A DNA stretch of 59,301 nucleotides, counting the filler, from Catajapyx aquilonaris (Eukaryota), in assembly GCA_000934665.2 (NCBI GenBank). It is 2 parts of 2 records of this genome, joined end to end, with 100 filler letters (N's around TTAATTAATTAA, not from the genome) between each part and the next. Parts side by side here need not be neighbours in the genome. Positions count along the whole stretch, not along the records: positions 1 to 29,605 come from JYFJ02004768.1; 1 more part is not named here. One strand, written 5' to 3'. Made by a program: the position numbers and the translations under genes. The notes below the pieces were generated by a model that was not told the origin of the DNA, did not search any database, and saw nothing but the letters and a program-made list of their open reading frames with translations. Positions 1 to 14,600 of this stretch are shown piece after piece (positions within the stretch are counted from its first letter, which is position 1; the number at the start of each line of letters is the position of its first letter).

Positions 1-3000
1 TGTGTTATGGGGATTGAATTAGATTATGTGAAATTAGCGTGGATGGGCCACCCGATTTGTTTAACGTCCGATAATCAGTGCTGGGAAAATGCAGACAAAC
101 ACGATTTCCCCAGTGGTGAAGCACGTTCTATCGTTGAAAATCGAAGCACTTGGTCATTCGGATCTGGTGCACGGGATTGGAGGCGCAAAACATGTACGGT
201 GTTCACCTGCCGCTTGAGGAATAATAAAAAAATTACCGCAGTGCAGGGTTTTTTTTAAATTGCTGCCTTATTATCAGATGAAGGTGCAATATCTGGGGCA
301 CAGATATTGCTCGGGTGTGGATATAACAAGGCTGGGTGTTGGAGTTTTCTTACCTGAACTTTTGCAGTTGGCAGCTCAGGGAGATAATCACTTTTGGGAA
401 TTTCATTATGTGGCTGACTGAGTTATTTTCTTTGGGCCGCAGCTGTCAGATGCAATAAAATACAATTTAGTAGCAGTAAATGGAACACTTGGCAGTACGT
501 CGCTCATACAAAAACGTCGGTCTGTGAGCTATAATCATAATGTTATGCAACAATAACTAAAGGCAAAAAAACTATGTGCAACACTCGAAGGAACGAATTA
601 TTTATTTAGAGGACATACCCAACTAGTGTAAATTTATACGTGCCATTGTGCCATTGCTATCGGTTCTGTATCTGACTCATTGATATATTTTATTTACTCT
701 TTGATAGTATGCAAATATCACGTTTATTTTACCCATGGCCGGCACTGTGGCTTCCATTCCAGCCGCTTTATATAAAATAAACGCTGGAGGATATTAAATG
801 TATAAATTAATTTCAACCCATGCTAATTTATACAAGCTTTTTCGAGCCAGTGAAATGAAATAAAACGACCGTACTTTCCACAAAATACAGGCCGAAAGCT
901 CAAAAAAATGTACAATGCAATGTCCTTGCATTAATAAAACATGCGTCAACAGCGGCAACTATAGAGGACTTTGTTAATTACAAATCGCCTTCCTGAACAT
1001 TATTGTAATCTGTACCGTATATTCCGCAGCCTTTGTTCATGTGTAGGCATTTCGAATGCGAGCACTTCAAAACTGCTGGTTAAAATTATGCAACAGAGCG
1101 CAATAAAATGTTTAATATGAAAGCGGATCACTTTTTTTGTAGGTTGCTGAATGCAGCCAAGAGATCTGCATAATTATATGAACAGCAGGCTCATCCCCAA
1201 CTGACAGTCCAGTCCAGGCTCGCATAATTCATTACACACAAGAACCTTACGACCTTCCAGAGAAAAACCACCAATCCTCCTAATGCGAAACCTTCCTTCA
1301 AAAGTCACGCCAGACCTTTGGACTTGAAACCAGTCCTGGCAGCCAACTCTAAAATTTTCATGTCCTAACACTCAGCCCTTGTCCTATTGAATCAATCGTT
1401 ATCTACCGTAAGAAAACTGAAATTGGAAATGGCATAATTAAATCAGCTTATTTCGTCAACTCTGCACTATTTCTGCCGCCTTGGAATAGTGCCATAGATT
1501 TGATGGACAAACTTGTGGCATGATTTAAGCAGACTAGCACTAATGACTGTTAGTATTCAAAGGAGGTTCTGAGCAAGTGTGAATCGCACGACGTTCTTGG
1601 GCGTGCCCAGCTCATCAGGCGCAATTTAGGCGAAGGGAAAATAATGGTCGGATGGCATCTGCTATTGGAGCCGCTGAAAGTGGACTTAGAGCCTTGTGGC
1701 ACTTGGAGAAGTCGTCACGTGCCATTAATTCTGGCAAATGGTTGTGCTGGGCCTGGGAGATCCCCACTTGCCATCAGGTTGATGATGCCTGTAGGGATCA
1801 CCGTCGGCTTGATTCCTCGGGCCTTCAATGATTTCAGACAGCCTACCCTTTTTTCCTGCTTCTCTCATTGCACTGCTCGCAGACCGATCGTTGCGATCAT
1901 TTGTTTCCCTTACACCCAGTTGTTCCTTGGATGCCAACCGCACACTTTTCCTTTGAGATGCTGGAAAATGGGGAGCACTAATGTTAGATGATTTAGGAAA
2001 GTAGGAGTAATTAAGCCTAACATGCTAAAAAACTGATGAGTATGTATCAACGTCAAGTGCAACTGGTCTTAATGACACGGTTAATGCTTTTCCAGTTTCA
2101 TCCTAAAATATAGATAACCTGTAAGTCTGAACAGTCATGCGCATTGCCTCCCGGATCAGGGGCAAAATTGAGGGAAATGAAGGATTATTATTACAAGTTA
2201 GTACCCGTAATGATAATATCAGTTTGGTCAGATGAGCCAAGTGTCTTTCTGAACAGAAAAGTTAGGAAGCTGCTCAAGGTTACTAATACATTATGATTAC
2301 ATTTGTTTTAAAATAACTTCTTTAAAACATTTTTATTATACTGTAGTACTGTACATGACACACAATGATGTTACTTGAAGCAACTTTGAGATAATGCATA
2401 CCCGCCGCGCCGTTTCACAAAAAATATGCAACAGTGACTTCTATGATCAATGAAAGTCAATATGTGGCATCACCAATCAACTATTACTAATCAATGATCT
2501 GCTAGGCAGAGCGTGAAACATTAATTAACACTGTAGATTGCTAACGTCAGATAAAAAGGGACTTTTGTAAACTGTAGCGTCATGTAACATCGTTAAAAAT
2601 TGAAGTTATGCTTCGACCTCATCTTGCACCCACTAATTTTTCTGCGATCAATCTGTCAGAATACCAATCAAAAATGTTCACATAACTGTAGGCTTTTGAA
2701 AGTTTCCTCGTCCACGTATGCTTGCTCTTCTGGTTCGGCTGATGTGTAAGTTTAGCAGTGTTCAGCACTGCGCCGGAGGTTAGCATAATGAGGTAAATTC
2801 ATCCATTATGCTAATGGCAGGAAATTGAGGTCCACAAATCGTTAACTTTGCATACCCAAGATCACACATCAAGCTGAATATTACGGAAGCTGCGATAGCA
2901 TTAAGCATACTCCACCCAAATCATCTTTGTGCAAATGCAGTTGCGTGCATACCAAGTGAGCATGGTGTAGCATTAATCTGAACCATTCGCTCATGTAACG

Positions 3001-6000
3001 AGTCCTTCCTCGCCGTACTTATATCTGCTAATTAGTACAAAATCTTTTTGCGTTGAGCCTTTGAGCCAAGCCTATATAGCCAACAACCACTGTCAGATTT
3101 TACGAGTTTGAGTGAGCGAGCCTGGTATTTTATGGTGCAAGTGCAGCCCTTTTGGATAAACTGCTCTATGCCCATAGCACGAGCAATGCGCTAGTGATGG
3201 ATGATGATGAAGCGAGGTGGAAATAACCAGAACGCGGACCCGTGAAGCAGCCTGGTTAGAGATACGGCTCAAAATCCTGCATATTGTTCATAGAGAGGCA
3301 CCGATTTGGCTCCGGATTTACCAATATCGGAATTATCTGCAGTCATCCACAGCAGTTATCAGCATCAGCCAACATTTTTTTGGGGGTATGAGTGCCATCC
3401 ACATCCTCCAAAAAAAACCGAGCCGCATTCTTTGAAAAATAGGGTTGGGAATATTGCTTCTCAGGATGGGACAGAATAGAATGGTATGAGGCCCAGGTGC
3501 TATAAATCAGCCCCGGTTGAGCATGGAAAGTCTCATCGCCCTCGTAAAAGTCCGGCCACAACTAAACATTTTTGCCTGCCTCTTGTTATAGGATGAAACG
3601 CCTTAGACTCAGAGCGTGCTTGAAACGACGTCTTTTGCATCGTACTTCCTATAGAATTACTTAAAAACACGGCCATAATGAGGCTGGCAGTACAGTCAAA
3701 AGCAGTGCGGTGTGGCAATGCTCCGTTGTCATCGTGGTTTTCCGGCCAACCTCAGTACGCAACAGAAACTTTATCTTGCGTCATAAAAGTGAACAAGTTG
3801 GACTCGGAAATCACCCCCTCCTCTAATTATCCGGAACAAGACAGCCTAGGATAACGAGAAGAAATGAAAATCCTATAATGAAACTCCTTACACCTCCATA
3901 ATTTTTTTTGTACCTCTTCCAGCCAACTTTTTGAAGAAACGCCCGCTGCTTTTTTTTGACCTACCTTTCAAAAGAAGAGAAATTTTCGGCTCTCTTTTCA
4001 TTGAATAGTGGTTCCGTCGCTTGGGTTTAGCTCCAGGAAATCCAGGCCGAGCAGCCGCAAAAGTCAAGCCAAGGAGCACTAATTGGGGTAGATCCAGAAG
4101 AGCAGGAGATATATCCAACCGAAATTCAGGTCGAAGGAAGAAGGCGAGAGATACAAGTCGGCCATTAGGGCACTGTATAAATATTGGATTGGAGAAAACT
4201 TTTGTCCGTTTCTTCGTTTATTTTGTTGGAGCTTAGGCTAGGGGAGACTGTATAGATCATACTTTTAGCTCTGTTCATTAGAGACGACTTTTGTGAAAGG
4301 CGAATTGCATATTTATACTGTATTTCCCCCGAAGGTACCCGCGAATGTTGTTCGAAAGTTGCGCAATTTATTGCTCCAGCTGCACATTCATTTCTATTAA
4401 TGCACTCTGAAAATTATCAAGTCGAACCAGGCACTTTCTGGCGTCTCTATCTACAATGACTATTGCAAACTACCTGCATAATTGCCAGGCTTTCTTGAAA
4501 CAAAAATGTCCTGCCGTCTTACTCCGAAGTGGTAACGATCTTCTGGCTTGTTTTAGTTAATATTCTCCAGTTTCTGTGGCCACAAATTATACGTATACGG
4601 CAGCTCAAGTTTTTGCGACCGAGAATAATAGATCAAAGTGTTTGGCAACAGAAAATGGATCGATTTCCGTTCGTGTGCAATTACCTGTGGAGACTTCCTT
4701 CTGAGAAAAGAATGGGACAGAGGATAGGGATGTCATGGCGTGCCGCCAAATCGATGGTCCCCAGCACATCGTGGCCGAGGACAAAATTTGGGCCACCTGG
4801 ACGTCCCCTTTTGATCTGACCACCTCCAGGGAAGAAATGGTTGTATAACACTTCACCCAAAACCATTTTTGTCCAATGACATCTCGTCAGGTGAAATACA
4901 GTGCTGCAGGTATAGCCCTGTATGAAGGACTTATTTTTTACTTTTGTTGTTGTTGACAGCACCAAGGACAAATATTAATGTAGAAAAAGTACTATATTGG
5001 ATAAACGAAATATTGGAGAAGAATTTCGTCGGATGCAATATCTTTGTGTGAAATTGAACCAGATGTAATTGGATAAAAATGCCGGACAATAAAGTTACGA
5101 CACTTTAGGAAGTAGGGTATCAATCTCCAGAGTTATAATCCTCCCTGTTATTGATATAACTGCTTGAAGCTGAGTGCAGCAGGATGGGCACCCCTGCACG
5201 CGTTGGAAGTGTTCTAATTAAACGAAGCAAACCCTTGGTGAGTGGAAATTAGCCACTAGATCCCAAGTCGAGAGGAGATGAGCCGCCCCATCATGAACCA
5301 GAAGATGCTTATAAGGAGGTTTGAAGTGTACCTTGTGCTCCAGATTCTATGGCGTAATTTATTGGCCTTTACGCTCATCCTTCATGCCAACCCGGCAGAG
5401 GGCTATTTAAAACGGACGTATTACTCAGTGAACCTCTCATGCACTTAGGGAGGTCGCGACAAAGGCTGTCAGAGATGAGACACTCTTTCACGGATATTGT
5501 CCTCCACCTATTTTATGGCTAATTTCAGAGCCCTTTTAACTATCTGGCTTTAGCACCAACAATAGAATGTACTACCAATTCTGCAGTGCTCACTTTTTTA
5601 CCTTTATAAGCCGATGAATGGCCATTAAAACAAATATCCTTCGTGATTAACTCATGATTAGCTTATAGGCCAATAGAACAAGGGACTGGCAGGGACCCAT
5701 GTTCTATTGAACTATTCAGCTGATAGGTTTTTTTCCTAACGAAAAAGGCTTGTGACTATGGTACACCATTCAATTACGCTATTGTGAATGCAAGGACACG
5801 GTATAGAGAGCACTTTGAAAAAAACATTTTGCCATTTTTACAAGCATGGCTGAGTCAGAGTTCCAAGCATGCAACCGAACCGTAATTATTCTGCACCTGC
5901 GAGCAAAGCGATACGGTAAAGCATAGACCAGTTGGTTAATTAAGCACGAGTGGCAAACTCTGTTAGTTCGTCTCAAGTGTCCGAAGCTCGAGTAAATTTG

Positions 6001-9000
6001 AGGCCATACAGAAGTTGTGTGCACTGCGTCCTTCGGGGCGTAGCTTGTTCCTCCTTAGTAAGGGTCCTTTTCTGTATGGGCATGCCACCTCTGGCCACAT
6101 ACGGCAGAGAAACATTAATTAATGTGTTAATATTGGCAGAGTGTCTAGCAGGAGCGCTCCTGTGATATTACTAGCAAGTACAAAGCCTAGATTTGTTTAC
6201 ATTCGCAGATTTTATGTAGCCTACCGTTCAGTATAAAATGTGTTCGGTTTAATAAATCTCCAGATGAAAATACCTCATTTTGTACAAAATTGGGAACCAC
6301 GTTGGGAACAAAAGAGATTTTCCTTGGAGTGGATAATACCAACCGGTGATGTTTTCTTAGGGTGATGCAGCAAAAACATGTTTTTGCTAGCTTGTTCCGC
6401 AGCACGAATTGTACAGGAAAGTGGTCTCGAAAAACGGGGTAAAGCCTCTCGGCAGTTCTACCCTTTTAAGCTATATAGTTGCATGTGCCATACTTTTTGT
6501 GGTGTCAGAAAAAAAAAGTCAGTAGGAGAGATTTGGCCTTTAGGCATTAAAATGTAACTTCGCCTTCTATTTAGACTCTTCATGCCAACTTGTTCCGGAA
6601 ACCTAAAGTGCAGAGCAACTGTCACAATTTGGTCAAAATGGTGTTAAATTGTGTTGCATAATCCTTGATGGTCATGCCAGTCTTCTGCACGACTATTCTT
6701 CTAAAAGGAGCTTTAAATTAGGGCATTTCCAAATTGTTCCATTGTTGATCGTTCTGTACTTCAGGCCTTCAATTGCAACAGAGGGCATCCCAGCACTACA
6801 TAAAGTGCCTATACGAGCGCAAAACCGCACTTACATAATTTACATCACAGCCGAGGCCAGTAATTAATTGTAACACAGTACAAATGAACATGCAACGAGG
6901 CTGGTTATGTACAAAATGTTACTCTCCCAATTAGTAACATGGTGACTATAACAACCCGACTGAATCCATATACAAACGACCCCCATTTTTAGTTGGATCC
7001 CTTCCACCCTGCAGACTCCATGAGTGTAAAATGATTTGAGAGGCTGTGTCCGTGCGGTGCGAGGCCGAGCCAACTCTGCTCTAGGCCAGGGTATAATGTG
7101 CGGCCATAACATTATGGAGGCCCAGAGAAAAGTTAACGGGCTGGTCATGCGTTGCGGCCACTGTCAGATTGACTTTTCGGACCAGGGGCCGCAATAACTC
7201 TTTCTCTAGAAAATGGGCCTGCCTCCCTGCACTGTGATGGCTTCTATTTTCCAATGCAGCCCAACTTGGCTTCGGTGCCAGGGGAGTCAAAAGTTTCGTC
7301 CAAATTAGTCGATGTTCCGGCTGCTAATTGCGATTTGCTGGGACAAACAGACCGCAGTTAAATTTTGGTGGAGTGCAAATTTGATTATCACGCCCCACTT
7401 GTTTCGGCCATAACAATTAGTGAATCCCCAGTTCGAGACGGTGCGTACAGCGTGCAGGACTAGTGTGTCAGGTTACAATGTTGTTGAGAGCACGCGAAGC
7501 GAATTACTTCATCATAACTCGGATTCAATTGCGGCCCCTTGGCCTTTTGCCAGCTCATCCAATTGTTAATACGGTTGGCTTCCTGGGGACCTGTACAGTG
7601 AAGAATGAGCTGAATTAATGCGCAATGTCAAAGGCGCCCCTTTCTGCAGCACCATAAGGAACGATTCGTGACCACTCCCAAGCAGGGCTTCGTCTTTTCC
7701 GAATGCTTCTAAGCACGCCATATGCACCACCCAATATGTCTGGAGTGTTTTATCACTATGATAGTACAAGGTCTTGTTGCAAATATTTTCTTGGTCTTAT
7801 CGGGTGGGTAAAGGGTAGGTTGTATCTTCTTTTGGAGAGTCTAGATGCTCTGCAGGAGAAGGGTGGTATGTTGTTATCTGAAATATTAATGGTGCGATAT
7901 GAACTATGTGAAGTTTAGCGTGCATGCAAGTGTTTGCTGTTATAATGTGCATGACATGTAAACTAACTGATGTTATGCCTAGATTTATGATTAAATTATA
8001 CGCGTTCGCTTGTGTATGAGGTACCTGTGTTTCTCTGAAAATTCAATTACAATTATGTGGCAATGTTTAATATGCCCAAAATGGTCTACGTATGTATAAA
8101 CACTTGAAATTCTGATCAGATTCGTATTGGAATGGCTTCGGAAATGAGTAATTCATATAGGAAGATTGCATTAGCCCTTTGGGATCCATAATTTTCAAAT
8201 ATTTTAGGAGACTGTACTGCCACAGCAATTAGGTACTGTAGCTATTTTTATTATGCAAAGTGGCGTGCACAATATTGTGCCAAACTCAATTTAGACCTAA
8301 ATTGTAATTCTGATTGGTCTACGCTTCGCAGGTCTTCACATACATTTTAAAATGAATGCATTTTCTCAATACAGTACCGTATACCTATTACCTGCACAAA
8401 TGCAATCTTACTGATGAACCTGTTGTTAAGTGACTTGTCATACAGTCCAAAAGTCGTCATTATGGTGATAGTCAAAGCAACTTTTTAGAGCACAAGAGAG
8501 GAGAGATTCCCCTCAGCTGGCATGTTTCACCGAGGGGTCCAATATTTACCATGCAAATTATCCTACGTCCGGAAAATGTGCACTCTCAGCTGTAGTCTAG
8601 GCATAGGACCTACTTCATATTAGCATGTTGCAAAGTTCATATGCCAAATGTATATTCCAGTGTACGGACACTTTCACAAATCTACCCTTAGCGTACTGTA
8701 TACTGACAGTACTGTACAATATTGTCATCGTGAAAGGCCAAATACTCTCATCTCTCCTTCATAAATAAATTCGTTCACATATTACTAATTAATTACTGTT
8801 AACACTCAATTTGCATTTTATTGATCTGATAAGAAATTTTAAATGTCAGAAACCGACTACATCCTTCACTGTAACTGCGTCTGTTTTAAGTGGATGCTTC
8901 TACGTAAGAAATTGAGTTGACTGAATTGCTAACAAACAGATAAAACGATAAGGATTTCACACAATTTGACTGACGGATCACCTCAAGCAGAGTATACGCT

Positions 9001-10350
9001 GTATACTTTCGGAATCCAACATGCCATTTATAGGAACAAGGTGGAAGCTTACCCAGTAATTTCGCGCCTGAATTACTGTTATTCTGCAAAATGCATTAAG
9101 AAAGTGTTCAAGGTTTTCCTGACTTTGAGTACAAGTAAGTGCGTGCCTTGCATTATATTCCCCACGGTTCTAAGAACACTTGTGCTAAGTTTCTGGATCA
9201 ATCTCACATTCTCCATCAGCCAGCACGCAACCTCCAAGTACAAAGTGTTTCGTTGGCTATCTATTGATTTATCTTTCCCCATCTTAATGAGCCCCATTCT
9301 CAGGTTCCTAAAAATCCAGCTATAGCTAAGCTCTTAATACTTCACCTAAACTATCGAGTCCCTTAGACCGTCACCGCACGTAAGGAGGCCGAAAATGGTG
9401 GCCAGGGAGACCACAGATAAATTCAACCATCAGACTTGAGAGTTGCATCGCGTACAGAATAAGTGGTTCTTAGCTCCACCTGATTTAAAGCACCTTTAGG
9501 GAAGTGCAGTCACGGATGAGGCCATTAAGCATTAAACTGGTGGAGAAGCCTCGGGAGGACCCAAGTGGTCTGTGCCTGCCAAACGATGACCGGTCAAGGA
9601 TGCGGTGCACGTTTTGTTGGCCAGTGGCAGCCACGCCCATCTATCTTCCATCCGGCGGGTCATCCATCACACGCCTGTACTTTAATATATGTGGCGTAGG
9701 TGTATTGTAGTAGTCTCACCTGCCGAATATCGATTCCAGCACACTCCCAAGAATCCTCAAGTGGGCTCTCCACTTTCTGAGTGCAACACGTTCAGCACCG
9801 CACGAGAATAGCCAATTAGGAATCTAGAGGGGGGGGGGGGGTCACCAGAAAATTTGTGCTCGATTTTCAACCTTTTGGGTCGTCTGGATGTGTGCAACAC
9901 GCCAGCAAAACGATGATGAAAACGCGCAATTAGTGAACAAGTGTCGTGCTCGTCACGCCTACATTGACGACATGCGGGTCAAACAAGGCACGTCGCATAA
10001 ATTAGCTGACATCGGACTCCGCTCTATTCATAGTTTGGAAACACGCCCCTATGGCTAGATCAATTTACAACCATTACATAGAGCATCCCGTACAAAGGTG
10101 GATAAGTTCGAATACAAACAAGATGGCAAATCACTTGAGTAGACTTTTTCATTCTTTTACCGGAAAACCGACAGTGGACGGTCACCAACAGCACTATGAA
10201 ACCTATTTTGTTCATGCGGAATCCAAATCCGAAAACTGGTTGTCTCCATCTGATACTTGTTCACGGACCGACCGACAGACCCGTTCTGTAAGACTTTTTT
10301 GTTGAAGAGAAAGCGTCTTTAAAACACCACCGCATTACAGTAACTGATTA

Positions 10351-10789
10351 CCCTTGTCCACCCGCAAATTGTGTCCGCCTTGTACTGCCCGGTTTGCCAT
10401 TTCCACTCCGAACAATCCGGGGGCCATTATTCCGGTCTCTCTCCAAATGTGACACAAGGCGGCTGTAGGTCCTGGCATTCTTCCGGGCCGCAATCACGAC
10501 CAACTCGACGGCACTTTTCCCGGACACTCCCATTATTCGCGCCTCTACCTTTTTATTCCTACTGTCCCGAGTTACGGTCCCCAACTGTGTCCTCATCTAT
10601 CCCTGTGTCCGGGTGCATGAGAGAGACCATCCGGTGCCAGATTTCTTTTACATTTTTAGTTCCTCCGAGGCCAATCTCGCCATATGCCCAGACGGCGACA
10701 TTTTGCAGCAGGTCCTAACAATATTAGGAACTATATGACGTCTAAAATTATCCCATGAGAAGTGATATATCATTCAGGTCGACAGAGGG
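10351..10789. mobile_element. Degenerate piggyBac-like MITE
   Basis: Left end ATTA|CCCTTGTCCACCCG, right end CAGGTCGACAGAGGG|TTAA (imperfect TIR, TTAA-type flank); interior rich in short TGTCC/CCGG repeats. Confidence 0.35.
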
Positions 10790-11657
10790 TTAACAGTGAG
10801 CTGGGACGGATCGTGCGATGGCAAAGACGATTGAGACCCTCGAGCCTACTGAATATTTCATGCTGCTGCTTCAGAGTGTGTATTTATCCACTCAGGTGCA
10901 AGAATAGGGCCGGAGGGATATAATTATAGCGGTGGATGTTCTTTCGCATCTTTCTACCTCACCAGGATATTTCTACTTCTGCTTTTTAGAGAGAAAGGTC
11001 CATAGTGGATCGTGCAACAGGGAGTGATCCGCAGGTTGAAGATGCTGAGCTGAATTACAATGATCATAGAGCCGCCTCACATATGGACTCGTAGACAGGA
11101 ATGAAAACCGAACTTTTTTGGGCAACCATTGATCCAATGAGAGGATTTTATAATATATTTAATCGATAGCACGGCAAAGGAACTGCCACACTCGAACTCT
11201 TATTCCCTACGGGGACATGAGAACTCTACATACACCTCCCAGGTGCTTTTCCCCGATGCCCAACACAAAGGTGGCAAAAATAGCTTTTCGCGGAACCTTA
11301 TTTGAATAACGAGATTCGCATTTGAAAGGCTAAACCCCGTCCGCTGGTGCATGTTTGTGAATGATGCTCTTGCTTGCACTCCTAAATCCCACACTCCAGT
11401 GTGTGTACCAAGCTCGGTATTCACACAGATGAGGATCCTGAATGATGAATTATATGCGGCAGGTGCAAGGCAGCCATGTTGGTTTGTACCACAACCGGCA
11501 AAGGCCACTGTTCCAAAATTCCGTGTCTCAGGAATAGACAATGTTAAGGAAAAGTGTATTCTACCATGTTTCATAATATAAACTTGAAGAAATGTCTGGG
11601 ACAATTTTTAACTACTGGTTGTTGTTGATTTCCAGGAGAGGCTAGACACCGAGCAAG

Positions 11658-14600
11658 ATGGCTTCGGCAACAGACCCCAAGTCTACGAAAGTAGTGAACA
11701 TCGAGAAATGTTCCAACTTCATGCGCCAGTTCAGGGACCCGCAGAGCCGCGAGCTCAAAAAACTGTCGGCCAACCAGTTCATGGAAGTGTGGAGCCACTA
11801 CGACAAGGACTGTAAGTACATGTCCTCCTCCTCCAAGTGTTACCTCCAGGCCGCTGAGACAGGACCAATTCATTAATCCCATGGCGATGCAAAGGCCACA
11901 CGAGCACAAACATTGCTCCGGTAATTAAGTCAAGCGCAGGAAGAGGGCTCTGGCATCGATTAGCTGATTACAAGCCCTGAGATCCACAGTCCTTAATTGA
12001 ACCCGACTAACTCTTGATGGCCACCAAAGGTGTTTCGGATGCGCCACATGCAATAACCCTGGCCACATGCAGCCGTTGACAACCCGATCCGATCAGCTTC
12101 CTGGATAAGGCGAGAAAAGACCTGATTAATGTTGCTACCAGCTTCGAAGCTTCTATCACTCTAGACAAGAGGATTAATTAGCGGAGAGATAGGCTCGGAG
12201 GCCCCCCCAAACTGCGGGTACAGTTGCAATTAGGTGAGGAGCTCCGTCAAATCCGTCACTATCCAGGACCGGTCCGGTTCTGAATGCAGTGGGGCTTCGG
12301 ATGAATTCTCGGGCTTCCAGCATGCTCACCTTAATGATGATGGATGCCTGGCTCCAACCGCTCTCGAGGATCTATAGGCTCAGGTTGTCGTACTGTCTTT
12401 CAATACAAGTGCGGCAATTTTCATTAGGAGCACGCTCCTGTCGCAACAACAGAGTTCAAACTTTGCAATGTCTGCAGTGCAGTGGGGTGAATCCTTAAGC
12501 ACACACTGTGGAGTGTCCAGACAGGAAAGTGGTCATTGAGAAATCACATCGTCCAGACAGGCCCTTGAAGGGTGAATCGGTTAGGTCAGAAGGCAATCCG
12601 TCTGTCTGCAAATCGATTTCACTTCCATCACCACCTTTGTGATGGGTCCAATACTTTGGTGCTCTGACGTTCCCATACAAAATGCATGCCACCTCTTTTT
12701 CCCTTATGGTTAAATCGCGCGGGAATTTCCTTCCTGTCACCTTATTTTCTACCTCGTAGGAAGATAGCATAGGAATTTGCCAACCTATAAGACCCCGTTG
12801 GCTGTGTTTACCCATCGCTTCCCTTGCATTCTTCACTCTTGGGAAAACTGTTTGGGAGATGTGAACATGGATGAGCACCTTTGATATCGATTATTCATAG
12901 AAACCAGTCCAAGGATCTTGCCTGTCGCAAAATACACACAGCACTGTACGACCACAGCTCAGGTAACTCATTTTAGTTTTGATGTTCTGTCTCCCAGAAT
13001 ACCTGCTCTGCTGGATGCTCCGGAACACCCATGAATAATGCAATATCTTACCTGCTTGTTAAGTCTAACCTTTTCATCGGGCCATTGGTAACCCAGGCCT
13101 TTTAAATATGCAACGTGTTAAATACATCATATAATCTACAACTGTAAATCTAACTAAGCGACAATAATAATGTTGAAACATTACTGATAAATTGACTCGA
13201 TTGAGCAAACACGCTGTGAGCAAACTCTGGAAATATATGCAAATAATGCGCAGTGCAGTACTGTACAAACTGCATATATGTTTTAATAAAGCACTACCAC
13301 CTGCAGGTTATACGCAGCTATACAGGCAAGCTCTAACATGTGTAGACTCTGTGTGTGAAAGTGAAACTCTCATGCGGCACAATGCTTTGTTTAGTGCGGA
13401 CTTGGATTCAGAAATTGCGATCAATTTTGCAAAAAGGGCATGTTTTCCCCACGTGTTAACATGCTGCGGTATTCCACCGTTCAAAAACGGATGAATCGAC
13501 ACTGAGCATAAAAGGCCCATTTTTATTGCAACTGCGGATATTCGGTCCCAGTTTTTATTGAACCTGATGGAACCGCGAATGTGAGAAACGGGTTATGGCA
13601 TAGCTCCAGGTATCTGCGTCGCCAGGCGCTGCTTGATCATTCCGCGGTTTATCTGGATGGGAAAGATGCCTTGAAGTGCAGACAGGTCTTCTCCCCAACT
13701 TTCCACATTTATTTCTTCCCCATTTTGGTCCCTCTCCAAGAACAAGCAATCCGGGACACACGGTGTCCCGGACGCCCTCTTGAGACAACGGTCATCTAAT
13801 AACCGTCGCAATGATTTCCAGGCAACGGCTACATCGAGGGTTCCGAGCTGGACGGCTTCCTGCGCGAGTTCGTGTCCAGTGTCAACGTGAGCGACGTTGG
13901 CCCAGAGGTTGGTCCCCATCGGGTATCATCATCTGGTCACTCCAATCTTACGTTCATTGCAGGTGGTGTCGGATGATATGCTGGCCGAGCTGAAGCAGTG
14001 CTTCATGGAGGCCTACGACGACAACCAGGACGGAAAGATCGATATCCGGGAGGTGAGCTTCTATATGGAAGCTGGCCCTCCCTATTGGGGAGGGGGGGGG
14101 GATAATTTCCTTTTTGCGCAGCACACGATAGTCACACGGCACCTATTATTCGACTGTTTTTTTACCATTCATTCTCCCGTGCGTGTATGTCGTAAACAGT
14201 CGGTATGTCTTTGGGCCGCGCCCTAGACTCGGGTTTTATTGTAGGGACGGGCCTTCATTTGCGCAGGGTTTTATCACCTCGTCAGCAGTGCGTCGGAATT
14301 CAAAATGTTCACCTTTGTGCACAGTTTTGCGACCTACGGATCTGCTACAGTGTGTATCTCCAGATGGCGAAAATGGAGTCTGTTCCAGGGCAGAATAACA
14401 AACGACCCCATTTCTCTGCATAATGTTCGCGTTTCTGCTGGACAAAATGTATAGATATGGGACTTACTGGGCTCTACAAGGAGTTTCTTGGTAACCTCTA
14501 AAGGCTCGTAAATTGTCTCTGACCGTATTATTACCTGGTGCGCCATCATGGAATGTGATATACACCGAAAGGCGTGTCCAGAAGTACGAGTACATAATCG

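Noticed and set aside
3343..3561. Minus-strand ORF ending ADNCCG, faintly like a DDE transposase DNC.GQ motif
   Set aside because: One short motif with no supporting context or TIRs; would need BLASTx.
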